Source: Eledone cirrhosa (Eukaryota). Taken from it: 64,000 nt of DNA. This document shows positions 50,007 through 63,589 of this stretch, one piece after another. The notes under the pieces are model-generated. The model was not told where the DNA came from, searched no databases, and saw only the letters and a program-made list of their open reading frames with translations. Each line of letters begins with the position of its first letter. The stretch's first letter is position 1. Location: positions 35,836,001 through 35,900,000 of the forward strand of contig OZ024744.1 in NCBI GenBank assembly GCA_964016885.1. Direction: 5' to 3'. A program made the translations under genes and the position numbers.

Positions 50007-52093
50007 AACTTTAAATCTAACCACTCTAATTCTAAAACTGCTATAGTCAAAAGTGTAGAAAAAAGAATTTCTAATTTATCCTCTAATAAAGATGTCTTCG
50101 AAGCTAATGCCAACTATTATAATAATGCCCTATCTAGGGCTGGATATCTAGATAAAATTAGGTATACTAAAGATCTTAACCTTGGCAGAGCTTATAATAA
50201 CTCTAGTAATGTAGCTAGTAATAATCATACTGCTAACAAAAGGAGGAGACCTAGATATAAAAATATCCTTTGGTACAACGCTCCCTTCTCTCTTTCCGTT
50301 ATTAATAATATCCCTAAATTATTTTTGAGGGTCTTACATAACAGCTTCCCTCCTTCACATATATATATAGCAAGATTTTCAATAGGCATACTATTACATT
50401 CTCGTATTCTACTACTTCGTACATTTCTAAAATTATCTCAAGATATAATTCTAAAATATTAAATAATAACTCATATACATCCAACCATGAGAGTCATAAT
50501 AATGACACTATAAAGCCCGACGTCAATGTAAACTCTAGGCAAAATAACACAAGTATAAATACGACGTCAAACGTAACTTTGAGGAATGCATCAAATACTA
50601 ATGTAAATCTGGAAACTTTAGCACCTCCTTTAGTTAATTCCAGCACTCCAGTTCCTAATATAATTAATCCTGGGCAACTTGCAAATAACTCTGTAAATAA
50701 TCTTAATCGTAAATGCAACTGCCATATTAGAACTAATTGTCCTCTTAGTAATTTCTGTCTCGATAAAAACCTAGTATACGAATGTAAAGTAGTAACTAGT
50801 ACCAACACCTATACCTACATTCGCTCTACTTCTACCTCCTTTAAAGCAAGATTCTATAATCATTCTTCTACATTTAAATCTCCACTTAAATGGACCAACA
50901 CCGCACTCTTAGAACTTATTTGGTCCTTACAAGACAAAAACATAAATTACAACATTTCTTAGCGTAAAATCTGCAACGCATCTCCATACTCCAATGCTTC
51001 CATATCTAGGGTTTGTAATTTATGTCTAGCTAAAAAATTTACCATTATCTCAAATTTCAACACAATAATAAATCGAAGAACCGATTTATTTGGACTTTGT
51101 AATCATAAATCCTACAAGACCTTTCGCAAGTATATAGTTGATGTCCTATAACATATTCCATGAGTCTTTCATTACATTCTACAATGTATTAGTTTGGTTT
51201 TCTCATCATATTTTAAGCCTTTGATCTTTTTTCTATAGCCTTAGATTTTCGCTCAAACCTTCGTCGATTTTGTAAACAAATTATGACGTCATATATTTTT
51301 CTACGTTTATAAATCTTTCTAGCAATTTCCTTTATTTACTTGTTGATATAAAATAAAAATTAAATAGTATACCTCACATATATAGATTTTTACTAGAAAT
51401 TATTAATTTTGACATAGGCTATTTTATTTTATTTTATTTTATAAAAATCTTTTTTTAATATTTATTTTATTTTATTTTATTTTATTTTATTAATACATTT
51501 TTACACTTCTTATTCCAATTTTTTGTACTTAAACCCAATATAAAATAATATACCCAGTTTCTATATTTAGGCCTCTAATATTTGAATACCATCTATAATA
51601 TTCGCACATACACCTCATCAATTTACTTTTTAACCGTTATTTACAGCTGTTTTCATTTTAACAGCGTTCCTGATCAAAAGTCTCCATCTCTCTCTCTTCC
51701 TTTTTTCTTCTTTTTTTTCCTTTCTTTTCTTCTCTTTCTTTTTCCTTTTTCTCCTCTTCTTTCCTTTCTTCTATTTTCCTATCTATTTCTTACCATGAGA
51801 GTCATAATAATGACACTATAAAGCCCGACGTCAATGTAAACTCTAGGCAAAATAACACAAGTATAAATACGACGTCAAACGTAACTTTGAGGAATGCATC
51901 AAATACTAATGTAAATCTGGAAACTTTAGCACCTCCTTTAGTTAATTCCAGCACTCCAGTTCCTAATATAATTAATAAGTGTTAACACTTATATTTCTGT
52001 CATATATAGACTTAGCACTTTCCTGTAAACAATTGCTATTATGCCTCATATCATGTTACTTTATTTTATCTGATGAGAACACAATTTTTGTCC
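50007..52093 (+). mobile_element. Penelope-like element 3' half (same type as 27409), with partial tandem duplication 50485-50667 / 51792-51975
   Basis: Motifs KSVEKRISNLSSNKDVF, ILWYNAPFS, CNCHIRTNCPLSNFCLDKNLVYECKV..YI, CNLCL. Truncated TTTTAT-CTGATGA hammerhead start at about 52064. Confidence 0.8.
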
Positions 52094-53220
52094 CAGGATG
52101 ATTTTGTATTCGTGTCTCGCATGTGCAACCCGAAGAACTAGAGAGACACGTACAACACTTCATCCACCGTATGCAGTTCTCTGGTTACAATCAGAGAGAT
52201 AAAATCAGAGTGTATAGAGGAGCCAGAACCAAATGGGAAAAAATGGTAAATAATGACACAAATGGGACCTGCCCCTTGTATAGGAGCAACTTTTGGAATA
52301 GAATAGAAAGAACTAGGAATAAGGCTAATAGAGTAAACTCATGGTATGATAGCAATAAATACCAGAGTGTAATGTTCATCGATACAACCCCTAGAGGTGA
52401 ATTAGCTTACAAATTTAGAAGGGCCCTAGATAAACATAAACTCAATATTAAGATAGTAGAAAGACCAGGTACCTCTGTAAAAACACTTATTAGCAAGACA
52501 TACCCTTTTCAAAGACCCCTCTGTATAGATAAGAAATGTATAACCTGTAAATTAAGCCCCCATATTAACTGTAAAACTAGAAATGTAGTATATAGCATAA
52601 GATGTACTGAAGGACAATGTAGAGACAAAAATATTGTGTACATAGGTGAGACAGATCGTAGTGTAGGGGAACGGATAAATGAACACTGGCGAGACCTTCA
52701 AGATAGTAAAGAATCATCTGTACTCTACCAACATGTTAAAATAGAACATAAGGGCAAATTAGAGGACATAGAAATAAAAATAGAATCTACACACAGAAAA
52801 GACGCAATTTTTAGACAAATCACAGAGGCAATAAACATAAAAGAATTACAACCAAAATTAAATAGAAATCATGAGTGGAACAGCAACATCACAACTTACA
52901 ATTAAGGACAAAATGAAAACACACACGCACATAGAACAAACAACCAACCTGTAACATGTAAATAAACAAATAAATAAACGAATATAAACACACACAGACA
53001 CCCGGATGTGGCGCATGCGCAGACTGAGCACACAACACACACACAGAAACAAAATGGCGTAGGACAGAACAAAGGAGAGGCACAAAAACAAAGAAAATAA
53101 TCCCCAGTCACTGAAGAGGTCACAGAATGTGTGACGAAAGAACTTTTACAATATATAAACAACCATCTGGTTGTGGAACCAACCAACCAACCGGAAATTT
53201 ATAAATTCCTAAATTTATAA
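52094..53220 (+). mobile_element. Penelope-like element 3' fragment of a different clade (Nematis/Neptune-like) with intact GIY-YIG ORF 52123-52905
   Basis: SVMFIDTTPRGEL, CxxxxCxxC linker, NVVYSIRC..YIGETDRSVGERINEH, RQITEAINI..PKLN. Confidence 0.82.
53106..53150 (+). ncRNA. Hammerhead-like motif with imperfect stem I in the PLE 3' region
   Basis: CTGAAGA-G-GTCACA/TGTGAC-GAAA-GAACTT. Stem I pairing is poor. Confidence 0.45.
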
Positions 53221-53785
53221 ATTTATTATAATAAATTGAAGTGAAAGCAACTGGTGCGTGTGTTTCTTATTGGCAACATGACCCTCCCAAAGTATAACAA
53301 TATCGGTTTCAACACACGATTTCAGATAAAGAATCTTGCTAAACAAATTCAGAAACGAAATATATATATATATACATATATGTATGGTAATATGCGCATA
53401 CTTGCAGGTGTGTATATGAACCAGTGTGTGTGTGTACTAGCACCCCTGTAGGGAAAGGGCTTGTTTGTGAATATACATGCGTATTTGCGAGCGAGTGTGT
53501 ATCTGTGCGTGTATATATGTATATGGGTACATGTGTGTACGTGTATGTGTGTGGGTGGAGGGGGGTCTATCTATATCTCTGTACAGGTATATACGAGTAT
53601 GCATGTGTATGCACACATATGAGTGTGTGTATGGTGATGTATATAGGCATGTGGGCATGTGTCTGGGTATGTACGTGCCTCTCTAGATGCATGTGTGCGT
53701 ATGTTTATATGTTTATATGTTCTCCTTAAGTGTGTGTGTATAGCGGGAGTCTATGCATATGACTGTCGTTATCTATGTGATTATG

Positions 53786-53891
<106 letters not shown>

Positions 53892-54340
53892 TGTGTGTGT
53901 TTGTATGTGTGAGAGCGCGCGTGCATGTGTAAACTACCGAACACAGCAGTAATGTATTGAAGTGTAGCAGACATGGGACAGACAACGTCCTGATGGTCAG
54001 CGGACTGGTACCTGCGGTCAGAATTATGATGACGTAGACAACCAGCGGCCAATCACAGGACACGCGAAGAAGATGAAGTTTTTGACGGTACTGGCCCAGA
54101 GGGTCAGATACCCCAGTGAGAGAATATGCTCCCAAATCAATAGACGTGTCCGTCAGACCTGGGAGTCCAGAATCAGACAGATCCACACAATGATCGCGTC
54201 TCGAGCTGTCCGCCGGCGAAACAATTGTAACACACAATAAATTGAGTTCTGATGCATCACTGACTTTTCGTTTTCCATTATATATATATACATATACGAT
54301 ATATTAACAAATGGAAACTATATTTATAAAACCATATTTA

Positions 54341-54401
54341 TTTCATTATACATATTTTAAGGACACCAAGTTAAATTATGGCGTGCTTTCATCAGATAAA
54401 A
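54341..54401 (-). ncRNA. Decayed hammerhead, paralog of the 17690 and 29846 motifs
   Basis: TTTTAT CTGATGA AAGCACGCCA/TGGTGTCCTT AAAA (GAAA>AAAA) TATGTATA ATGAAA. Confidence 0.5.
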
Positions 54402-54749
54402 TATAATATAGAACAGTTTTATAAATAAATATTGACATACCCTTAAAGAATGCGACCATTTCTGTTGGAAGCTCCCGGATAGTGGGGTTATAAATTTATT
54501 TATACTATTATGCAAATTAGTGTCGGATATTTTTAAATCACAGTAGATTTAAAATAAGTCGTTGGGGTATGGAGAGAGGGAAAGAGAAAAAAGAAAAAAA
54601 GCAGCTTTAAGAGGAAAATAAGAAAACAAGAAAAAGAGAAAGAGAGAAAGAGAAGAAAAAAGAAAAGAGAAAAGAGAAAGCGAAATTAATTCTTTCAAAG
54701 TTGTAACTAAATATATATAGAATATCTTTTTGAAGGGAAAACATTTTCA

Positions 54750-54916
54750 GCGGGGGCTTGTGCCCCCGGAGAACACTTTGATTAAAATGAAATATACTTA
54801 TCCAAGTCCCCTGGGCAATGTAGTTTCAGAATATATATTGTTATGGGGTCTATCTCCAAAACCGTAGGAGTAGTTCATGAACAAACAAAAAAACAGACAG
54901 GAACTTTATATATAGA
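54750..54916 (+). mobile_element. Possible Helentron/DINE-type non-autonomous 3' end
   Basis: Ends AAAACCGTAGGAGTAGTT..ACAAACAAA..ACAGACAGGAACTTTATATATAG, resembling such ends by memory only. Confidence 0.35.
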
Positions 54917-55001
54917 TACATACATATATATATATATATTACCCTAAGTATTGAGTACTCTGCTGCGTTATGGTCCACTTAGTTCCCTACCACACTTCCT
55001 T

Positions 55002-55045
<44 letters not shown>

Positions 55046-55138
55046 CTATGTTTCCACTTCTCTATCAGCTTGCATAATAACCCATGAGCATATCTATCTA
55101 TCTATTTATCTATCTATCTGTCAGTCTGTCTATCTATC

Positions 55139-55723
55139 GAACAGCTACTGTCACGTGTGGGACGCATCCAGTTGTCAGCCGAGTCCATCTTGAGGATCAC
55201 CCCGCCGTCTTCATTTAGGAATAAAGGAGAGGAGGTTTTCCTCTGTCTGGTGGCTATGGCGAAAGAGGTAATATGGTGGACGAGATTAAAAGAACTGAGG
55301 GCAAACACCTTTCTCTCCGGACAACAACTCATCCCCTTCTTTAAGTACCACTTCAGAAGGAAGGTGAGAGTGGAGAGCGAGGTGCTACACCCCAGTAAAT
55401 TCGCTGAAAGGTGGGTGAATGTGGCAAAAATGGCCCGAGTGAATGGGCCTTCTCTGTATATAAACCTGTAGGTTGAGGAAGATAAACAGAGGGAAGACGG
55501 GAACACCTACCAAACGTGTTCCTGGTGTTCAGGGTTATTCTATCCACCGGGTGTAACACATCCCTGCAGTAACCGCCCCCCATTGGGGATTTCAATTGTT
55601 ATTTTATTATATATAGTTTATTGTTATTTATTAATGTTAAAGTTATATGATTTTTATGTAAAACCCCCGCCTTCACGTTTTGTAATATCCCATTTCTTGT
55701 ACGCCCCTGTGTCAAATAAAGAA

Positions 55724-55766
<43 letters not shown>
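55139..55766 (+). mobile_element. Tx1-type LINE family 2, 5'-truncated copy between (TCTA)n tracts
   Basis: ORF 55157-55471 is homologous to the ORF2 C-terminus. AATAAAGAAA then (TCTA)n; (TCTA)n also upstream at 55091-55138. Confidence 0.88.
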
Positions 55767-55767
<1 letters not shown>

Positions 55768-55975
55768 CGGATAGTGTTGACGTGTGCCACTTCGCTGGTA
55801 AGTTTTTTGTTAATTTTGTATGCAAAAAACAGGAACCTTCTGTTAAAAAATATATTGTTTCGTAGATTAACCCCCAAGCTGAATTGTCAGCTGGGCGGTA
55901 ATCTCATTTTTCGCCCACCGGGCGGAAATTTTATTTGAAATATTTTCAAACAGTTTAATATTTTTGATATCGATA

Positions 55976-57847
55976 ATGGCTAGCTTAGTAGAAACAACGC
56001 TACCGAACGCTGACGAAGAAAGTAGAGAGATAAATGCAGAGAGTAACGTTACAGCAACTCTGACTACATCGGCGTCACTATGGAGACAAATAGTGACAAC
56101 AAAGTTTTGTTTTACCAAGAAGCCGAAACATGCAACTTACAAGATGGACCACACAGCTTACAACAGACATAAAAAACCACAAAAAATGAAACAATTGTCA
56201 CAACTACAAGTGGAAAAACCGACAACAACAACAACAACACAAAAAATAAAACTTTTACAGAAACAGTCACAAATAATAATAACGTTACTTCAAACTCCGC
56301 ATGTATTGGCGTCACCATGGAAGCCAATATGGACAAAAAAAATAAAAATAAAAATAAAAACAAGATTGAACAACAGTGTACAACAGACACCATAAACACC
56401 AGAAAAAATAACAGAAAATAAAACCATTGACAAACGGAAAAACCGACAACCACAACAACTACAATAACAACAACACCAAAAAAACTTTTGCGCAAACAGT
56501 CATCAAGAAACAAGAATTCAAAGATCTCGATATCTCCAATGCGAAACAGATGCTCTCTGAAGCAAAGGAGTTTATCACTTTCGGTGAAAACGGTGGATTG
56601 CGGATAAACTCACCCCCAGAAATTCGTCTGGAAACATTTCGAAGGACAATTACCTTCAGAACTGTTTCAAATGAAACAAAACGATCAGCATTCCTCAGTC
56701 AAGGGGAAATTGAGGCAACCTTGAAGGAGATATTGCCAAACATTGACTTTATGCAGAGGTCAAACAGTACGAGAGTATTTCGTTACTCCTCAAAAGCGAG
56801 GCCCTATACTGTCACAAAAATACACATTTTTCCCTACATACCTGGGAAAAAGGACACAAAAAATCAGAATTACAAACATACCACCAAATATTAATATTTG
56901 GTGGATATTGGCAGGATTTTTAGAGGAGAGAAAAGACACCATTCTCTCCATCAAAACGTCAACCAGACATATGTGGTCTGATACAAATTTGGAGATTCTG
57001 GTGCAAATGAGCCCGGAAAGAATCTCCAAAATACCAGAAAAAGTGCTGGTGGAGAACAACAGCCACATAAGCATTTCGGTTGAGGGACGAAAATGTACAT
57101 TGCTTTCGTTGCAATAGCGCCACACACCTAAAGGCCACCTGCCCTTTATAAACGCGCTCAACCAAAACAATACAAAAGAAAACACTGTTACCAACACCAA
57201 CACCAAAACAACCACCACCACCACAACAACAACAACACACGAACACACGAAACAAGCAAACACACCAAAACAAACAGCCACTCAACCAACAACAACAGAA
57301 AAAAACACAGACAACACCCCTAAAGAACACAGCCCCACACCATCCCGCTCCATCAAACACTACCATAAGCACACACACCGAAACACCACCACCACACAAC
57401 ATACCACTACCCCACACCCCTGACGATGATTATTCATTAACAGATCAGGCCACTTCTCCTTCTTTAAGTGAAGAAGAAGGAGAGCCTCGGAAATCCAAAA
57501 AAACAAAAAAAGAGACACCACAAAATCCCCAAACCTCCAATCACCAACACCAGCACATAGCCACAGACACAAACAAGAGTTTGATGGAAGTCATCTCCCA
57601 AAACCCCAAGGTGGAGACGGTGGGCAAAAGTTTCGTTAAAGCAGAATCGTCTCCACACCTTACACTTATAAGGGTTTCTATGGAGACCTATAGTGACCTG
57701 AACAACAATTTTTCGCAGGACGTGGGCAACCCCTGCCAGAAACCCATCAACCGCGTCCTGTTAAAATGTTTCCCCACCCCAGCCAACACCCCCTCCAGCA
57801 CCCAAATGGAGATTGAAGAACCCGATCTCCAGGAAACGAAAAGGTAA
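55976..57847 (+). pseudogene. Family 2 ORF1, frameshifted
   Basis: ORFs 55964, 56427, 56743 and 57581 are collinear with family 1 ORF1. Confidence 0.72.
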
Positions 57848-57889
57848 GTGCACCTTTTCGTCCTTTTTCGCCAACTCTTCTCCACCAAC

Positions 57890-60800
57890 ATGACTAGTTT
57901 ACGAGTTGGAAACAGGGCAAACTCTTAAACGACCTTAGGTCACACGATATATATGTGAAAGCCATCACCGAAGTCCAGGATCCACAACAGGCAGCAACTA
58001 ACGCCCATCTTCGACGACTTTGAGGTCTAGGCATCTCTCTTTCAGCCAGGAGGTGGAGGGGGAGTAGCTGTCATGTTTCGGATAAACCTGAACATCGAAG
58101 TACAGCAAGTACACTTGGACCAGGAGGGTAGATTGGTAGTCCTAGACGTGAACAGTGTAGGAGGTGGAGCCTTCAGACTGGTAGCCGTTTATGCCCCGAC
58201 AGGGCAATCGCGGCCATACTTCTTCAAGCATCTATATTCTTTTCTGGGAACGTCTCGCTCCTTGCTTTTAGTGGGGGACTCGAATGGTATCCTAGATGCA
58301 CGATGGGACTATGTGGGAACATGTCCCAGTAGAGGGGGGTGCAACAGCCTCAAAACTTTAATCGGCCAATTCCAACTGACCGATAGGTATCGACTAGATT
58401 TCCCGACAGAACCACAGTGGACGTGGGCAAACCGCAGCGGGACATCTAGATCGTATTTAGATAGGTTCTTCATTAGAGAAAGGGACAAGGAGATGTTAAG
58501 CTGTCCAGGAATGCACATGGTTAGCTATTCAGACCACAAACTAGTCGTCTGCATAGTCAACTGTGATAGAACACAAAGCCAGGGACCCGGATACTGGAAG
58601 CTGAACCTCTCGTTGCCGGCACGTAAAGCTTACAGTGAACGGATAAGTAGACTAGTCTAGCAACAGTTAACGGGAGCCATCGTCAACAATAGATGGTGGT
58701 ACTCTCTCAAGAAAGCAATTAGAATAGAATCGATAGACTTTAGCAGAGAGTTAGCCTTAGATAGAAACAAAATAGAAAGAGAACTAGTAGCCAAGGTAGA
58801 GGAGGCACTTAGAAGTGGCAATGCGGCTAGAGTGTTATCGTCGAGAACGGCACTGGACCAGTTCTTAGACGCGAAACACGAAAGCTACGTGGCCAGAAGC
58901 AAAACACATGCTCTAGGAAACGAAGGAGCGAAAGCTGTCAGCTGGGCCCGAGTGGCGGAGGCAAAAAGTGGCAACAAGTTCACGGTTGGGTCTTTGAAAG
59001 ACCAAAACGGACGCGTGCTACTTGACCCCAAGCGGTCTTTCAGCAGCACTTTGCGTGACTGTTTGAGCAGAACGACAGTGAGCCGAGCGGGGCAATGGAC
59101 TTTAGTTCATACCTCGACGGCCTGTCGCGTCTCTCGAACACGGACGCCGAGTTCTGCGAAAGACCGATCACGGACACTGAGATACGGGACGCTCTGGGCC
59201 GCTGCGGGAAACGCAAGTCACCCCGTCTAGATGGTCTACACTATGAGCTTTACATAGGCATGCCAGACTTGTTCTCTGGCGTCCTCGAAGCCGTCTACTG
59301 CAATTGGCAGCAGAACGGGATAATTCCCAGTTCTGCAGGCAAGGGCATAGAGACGCTGATCAGGAAAGACGAGAACAAGGGGGACGAAATTAACAACTTC
59401 AGGCCCACAACTCTGCTCTACACAGAGTTAAAGATTTTGGCCAAGGTGCTATCGACCAGGCAGGTGCTTGTCGTCGAGAACCTGGTAGGGAAAGCGCAAA
59501 CGAGTACAATCCCGACCAGGTCCATACACCACAACCTCCACCTCATGCGATACATCATAGAGAAGGTGGGTATTAAACCCGTCTTCGGTGGGGCTCTGAT
59601 CAATTTGGATCAGTCTAAGGCATTCGATATGGTCGACCATCGATACTTCGAAGCGGTTCTCAAGGCGCCCGGTTTCGGTCTCGTTTTCAGAGGCTGGATC
59701 AAGGCGTTGCACACCAGTATCTACTCGAGGTTCAAGGTGAACGGCTACCTATCGGAGCCGTTCACAATCACGCGTTCCATTCAACAGGGATGCCTTCTCT
59801 CCTCCATTCTGTACGTATTGACTCTAGAGCCACTACTGCGGGAAATGGAGCTGTTGCAGGGCATCCCTCTAGAACCGGGACTGAGCAAAGAGGCGTCGGC
59901 TTATACCAACGACGTGACGGTACTGGTGGCGAGCACCTCGGAAATCGGGGTGATCGGCAACTTACTGAAAGAATACGAAACGCTGAAGGGAACAAAACTA
60001 AACCCGAACAATTCTGTTGGTTTGCAACTCGCTACGTGGAGAGGCAATCTAATGACGTCCGACAGCTTTGTTGGACGCTGGACGGACGGACCGGTGAAAT
60101 TTCTCGGGGTCTGGTTCGGTCCAGACCTCCAGGTGGAGAAAAACTGGAACGAGGTCACGGCCAAGGTGTTTGCGCTCACCCAGAAGTGGGCAGAGTGCAA
60201 ACTGTCCTTGAAAGATCGAGCGGAGATGGCGAACACTTTCATAGCCTCCGCCATCTACAACCGCTTGACTGTAGTGCCTTGTCCCCGTGAACACTTCGCC
60301 AAGATGGAACGCATGCTCTCCAGTTTCTGTGGAAGAAGCAGGCTCCGCTGATGAGGAGATCCGTCTGCTGTCAGCACCCTTCCAATGGAGGCCTGGTAAT
60401 GCCGTGGTTGATGATGCGGCATCTCCAGGTATTCCTCACCGGCCCCAACTGGTGGGGGCACTCTTTGCGAGACAGGCTTTCCCGCAGCTCGTCTCGCTGA
60501 CGGAGCTGCAGTCCTGGGTCAAGAAAAGATCGAAAGCGGCCTGGCACATTTAATGTGCTCAGGCGCTCACAGTCCTCTGGCAAGCGGGCACAGCAATCAG
60601 TGGAGACTCCGGTTTGACATTCTATAGAGGGATTCTACGTTAGAAGGGCGGCGACGTGGTCGGAGAGACTCTGGGCGTCGAAGACGATGAGCTCACCAGT
60701 CTGTTTGGTAGGACTTTCCGCTCGGGATCTATGGACAATTTCCAGAGGTCTCTGGCTTGGCAGTGCTACCGAGGAGCTCTACAGTTCGTGACAAGATCTA

Positions 60801-61248
60801 CAGGCACGGACGCCCCGGCAGGGATCCTTCCAAGAGGACGTGTCCAAGATGTATTGAAACCGTCCTGCACGCAATTGTACACTGCCCAGGCGTAACCGAC
60901 CTGTGGAACTATGCAGAACAACTGCTCTCGCGCATGGGACAAATCCAGTTGACTGCCGAGTCCATAGTAAGGATCAAACCGCCAACTTCTTTCAAAAACG
61001 AAAGAGAGGCGGTTTTCCTCTGTACAGTGGCTATGGTGAAAGAGATTATATGGCGGACGAGATTGAAAGGACTGAGGACAGATGCCTTTCTCTCCGGACA
61101 ACAGCTCATTCCTTTCTTTAGATACCACTTTAAAAGGAGAATCAGAGTGGAGAGAAAGGCACTGCACCCCAGTAAATTTACTGAAAGTTGGGTGAATGAA
61201 GCAAAAATGGCCCGAGTGATTGGGCCTTCTCTGTTTATAAACCTGTAG
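57890..61248 (+). pseudogene. Family 2 ORF2 (endonuclease, RT, zinc finger) with multiple lesions
   Basis: Starts MTSLRVG (family 1 has MTSLRIG). ORFs 58073, 58832, 59095, 60656 and 60757. Confidence 0.88.
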
Positions 61249-61525
61249 GCTAAAGAAGAGAGCAAAAGGAAGAAGGGAACACTTGCACAACACGCTCCTG
61301 AAGTTGAGGGTTGTTCTATCGACGGGGTATTAAACAACCCATTTGTGGCGCCTCCCCCCTATTCGGGATTTTGATTGTTATAATCGTTTGTTTCAATACT
61401 TTTACACGACTGTATGCAAAATCCCCCGGCATGTCTTTGTATTGCCCCCATTTCTTGTACGCCATTGTGGCTAATAAAGAAATCTATCTATCTATCTATT
61501 TGTCTGCCGTTCCCCACTGTCTCTC

Positions 61526-61605
<80 letters not shown>

Positions 61606-61904
61606 TATACATATATATGTGTGTCTGTGTGTGTATGAGTCTGTGTGTGTATGTGTGTGTGTGTATGTATATGTGTGTGTGTAGCTGACTGTCAATACAA
61701 TCATGGAAATTAGATTGTCTGGCAATATACATACTTGTTTCTATGTTTTTGATTCATGAAATATGTTTATATTGCTCGGGAATGAATAGAACATGGCGAC
61801 GAAACATTTGATGGCATTTCTTTAAAGAAACCTTTAAAATGTCGACCGACAGAATATAACCCTATTAGGGGAAACACGCACACACACACATATATCTGTG
61901 TATC

Positions 61905-61938
<34 letters not shown>

Positions 61939-62416
61939 CATCTACACACCCGCACATACACTCACACACAACTCTCTCTCTCTCTCACACACACACACAA
62001 CACACATACAACACACACACAACACACAACATACATATATATATATATATATTCACACACACACGCACATACACTAACCCACACTCTCTCACACACATAC
62101 ACACACACGCACATACACTCACATACGCTCTCTCTCATACACACACGCTGTCTCTCTCTCTCACACACACACAACACATGCACAACACACACAACACATA
62201 TATATATATACATCTACACACATATATATATATACATCCACATACACACACTCATCCATACACACTCACACACACACACGCACAGACAGACAGACACACA
62301 CAGACACAAACGGAAAGAAAGACCTCCCATCTTTTGAAATATAAATATGTTTAGCTTCCAGTGATGATTAAGCATGTCTTTTGAAAATATACGGAAGAAT
62401 GTCGACATTAATTACT

Positions 62417-62602
62417 GGTGGATTGGCAGTATCGGTAGAGAGTTAGACACCATGCTTTGAAGCATAGAGTTACGTCCCTTTATGATCTGAGTTCAAATCC
62501 CGCCGATGTTAACTTTGCCTTTCACCCTTACGGGGTCGATAAAATAAAGTACCAGTAATACACTGAGAAATTGCTGGCCTTGTGCCAAAAGTAGAAACAA
62601 TT
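62417..62602 (+). mobile_element. tRNA-derived SINE
   Basis: Same family as 49430. Confidence 0.85.
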
Positions 62603-63299
62603 AATTACTGGCATAATGCAGGAGTTGGTTATGTGAGCTTAGCTAACTATTCATGGTTTGGATAAAAGACAGCATTGACTGTAGTAAATTGTTGTTTAGT
62701 TGTTTTCTGTAGCAATCTGGGATAAGGTGTGTCGGAGCATCGCATTCATAGATAATAGGTGATAATATTGCTAGTGTTGTTGGTGGTGGTGGTCGGGGTG
62801 GTGGTCGTGGTGGTGTTGTTAATCTTGATGTTTTGCCCATGTTTAACCCTGTCGTAGCAAGTTGACCTATCAACAAAGACGTTCCAGGTGTGATACCACG
62901 ATTTGTCTCTCTCTTTCTCTCTATATCTATCGAAAAGTACATCATAAAAAGCGTGCACTTTTGAAAAGCTAGTGACAGATACTATATTCTTTGAACATTT
63001 CCAAAATCTAACTGTCACTGCCAGACAATTTCTTTACTGATGAGGCTTAAAAAGGAAAAGAAATGAATGTGGTAATTTCCGTTGGTCTTCCCATTACCGA
63101 TACTACAAGTCCGTCGCAACACCTGACAGAAGGAGGTCGGATTTGAACTCAGAACGCATAAATACCTCAAAACATCTTGTTCGGCTCTTTAACTATTCTG
63201 ACCATGGATTTGTACTTTACTTATCGATCCCAAAAATATAAATGTCAAAGTTGACCCAGTTGGGTTTTTGAACTCAAAGCAAAGCAGGTCGGAACAAAT

Positions 63300-63485
63300 A
63301 ATTGTTTCTACTTTTGGCACAAGGACAGCAATCACCCAGTGCATTACTGGTACTTTATTTTATCGACCCCATAAGGAAGAAAGGCAAAGTTAACCTAGGC
63401 GGGATTTGAACTCAGACCGTAAAGGGATACTCTATGCTTCAAAGCATGGTGTCCGAGCCTCTACCGATACTGCCAATCCACCGCC
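63300..63485 (-). mobile_element. tRNA-derived SINE (partial relatives at about 63120-63290)
   Basis: Reverse complement of the 62417 copy. Confidence 0.85.
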
Positions 63486-63589
63486 TTAGGAACAAATAAT
63501 GAAATCTAATGATATCAAAACCTATCTACATGTATTAATCGCTTTCCACTAATTTGTAAATATTTACCTCCTTCTTGAGCAAAACACTT

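Larger units (their letters stand above)
55767..61498 (+). mobile_element. Tx1-type LINE family 2, apparently full-length, decayed
   Basis: ORF1 remnants (SVEGR + CFRCNSATHLKATC), endonuclease (VYAPTG, YLDR, SDH), RT, AATAAAGAAA then (TCTA)n tail. Confidence 0.9.

Noticed and set aside
49544-50113. Ala/Thr-rich ORF resembling an antifreeze glycoprotein (ATAATA...)
   Set aside because: All frames are open because it is a stop-free GCT/GTT repeat. No signal peptide or gene structure, and it lies between a SINE and a PLE fragment.
53985-54235. Hammerhead with very long stem II (CTGATGG...GAAACAATTGTA)
   Set aside because: The core lacks A9 and stem I does not pair.
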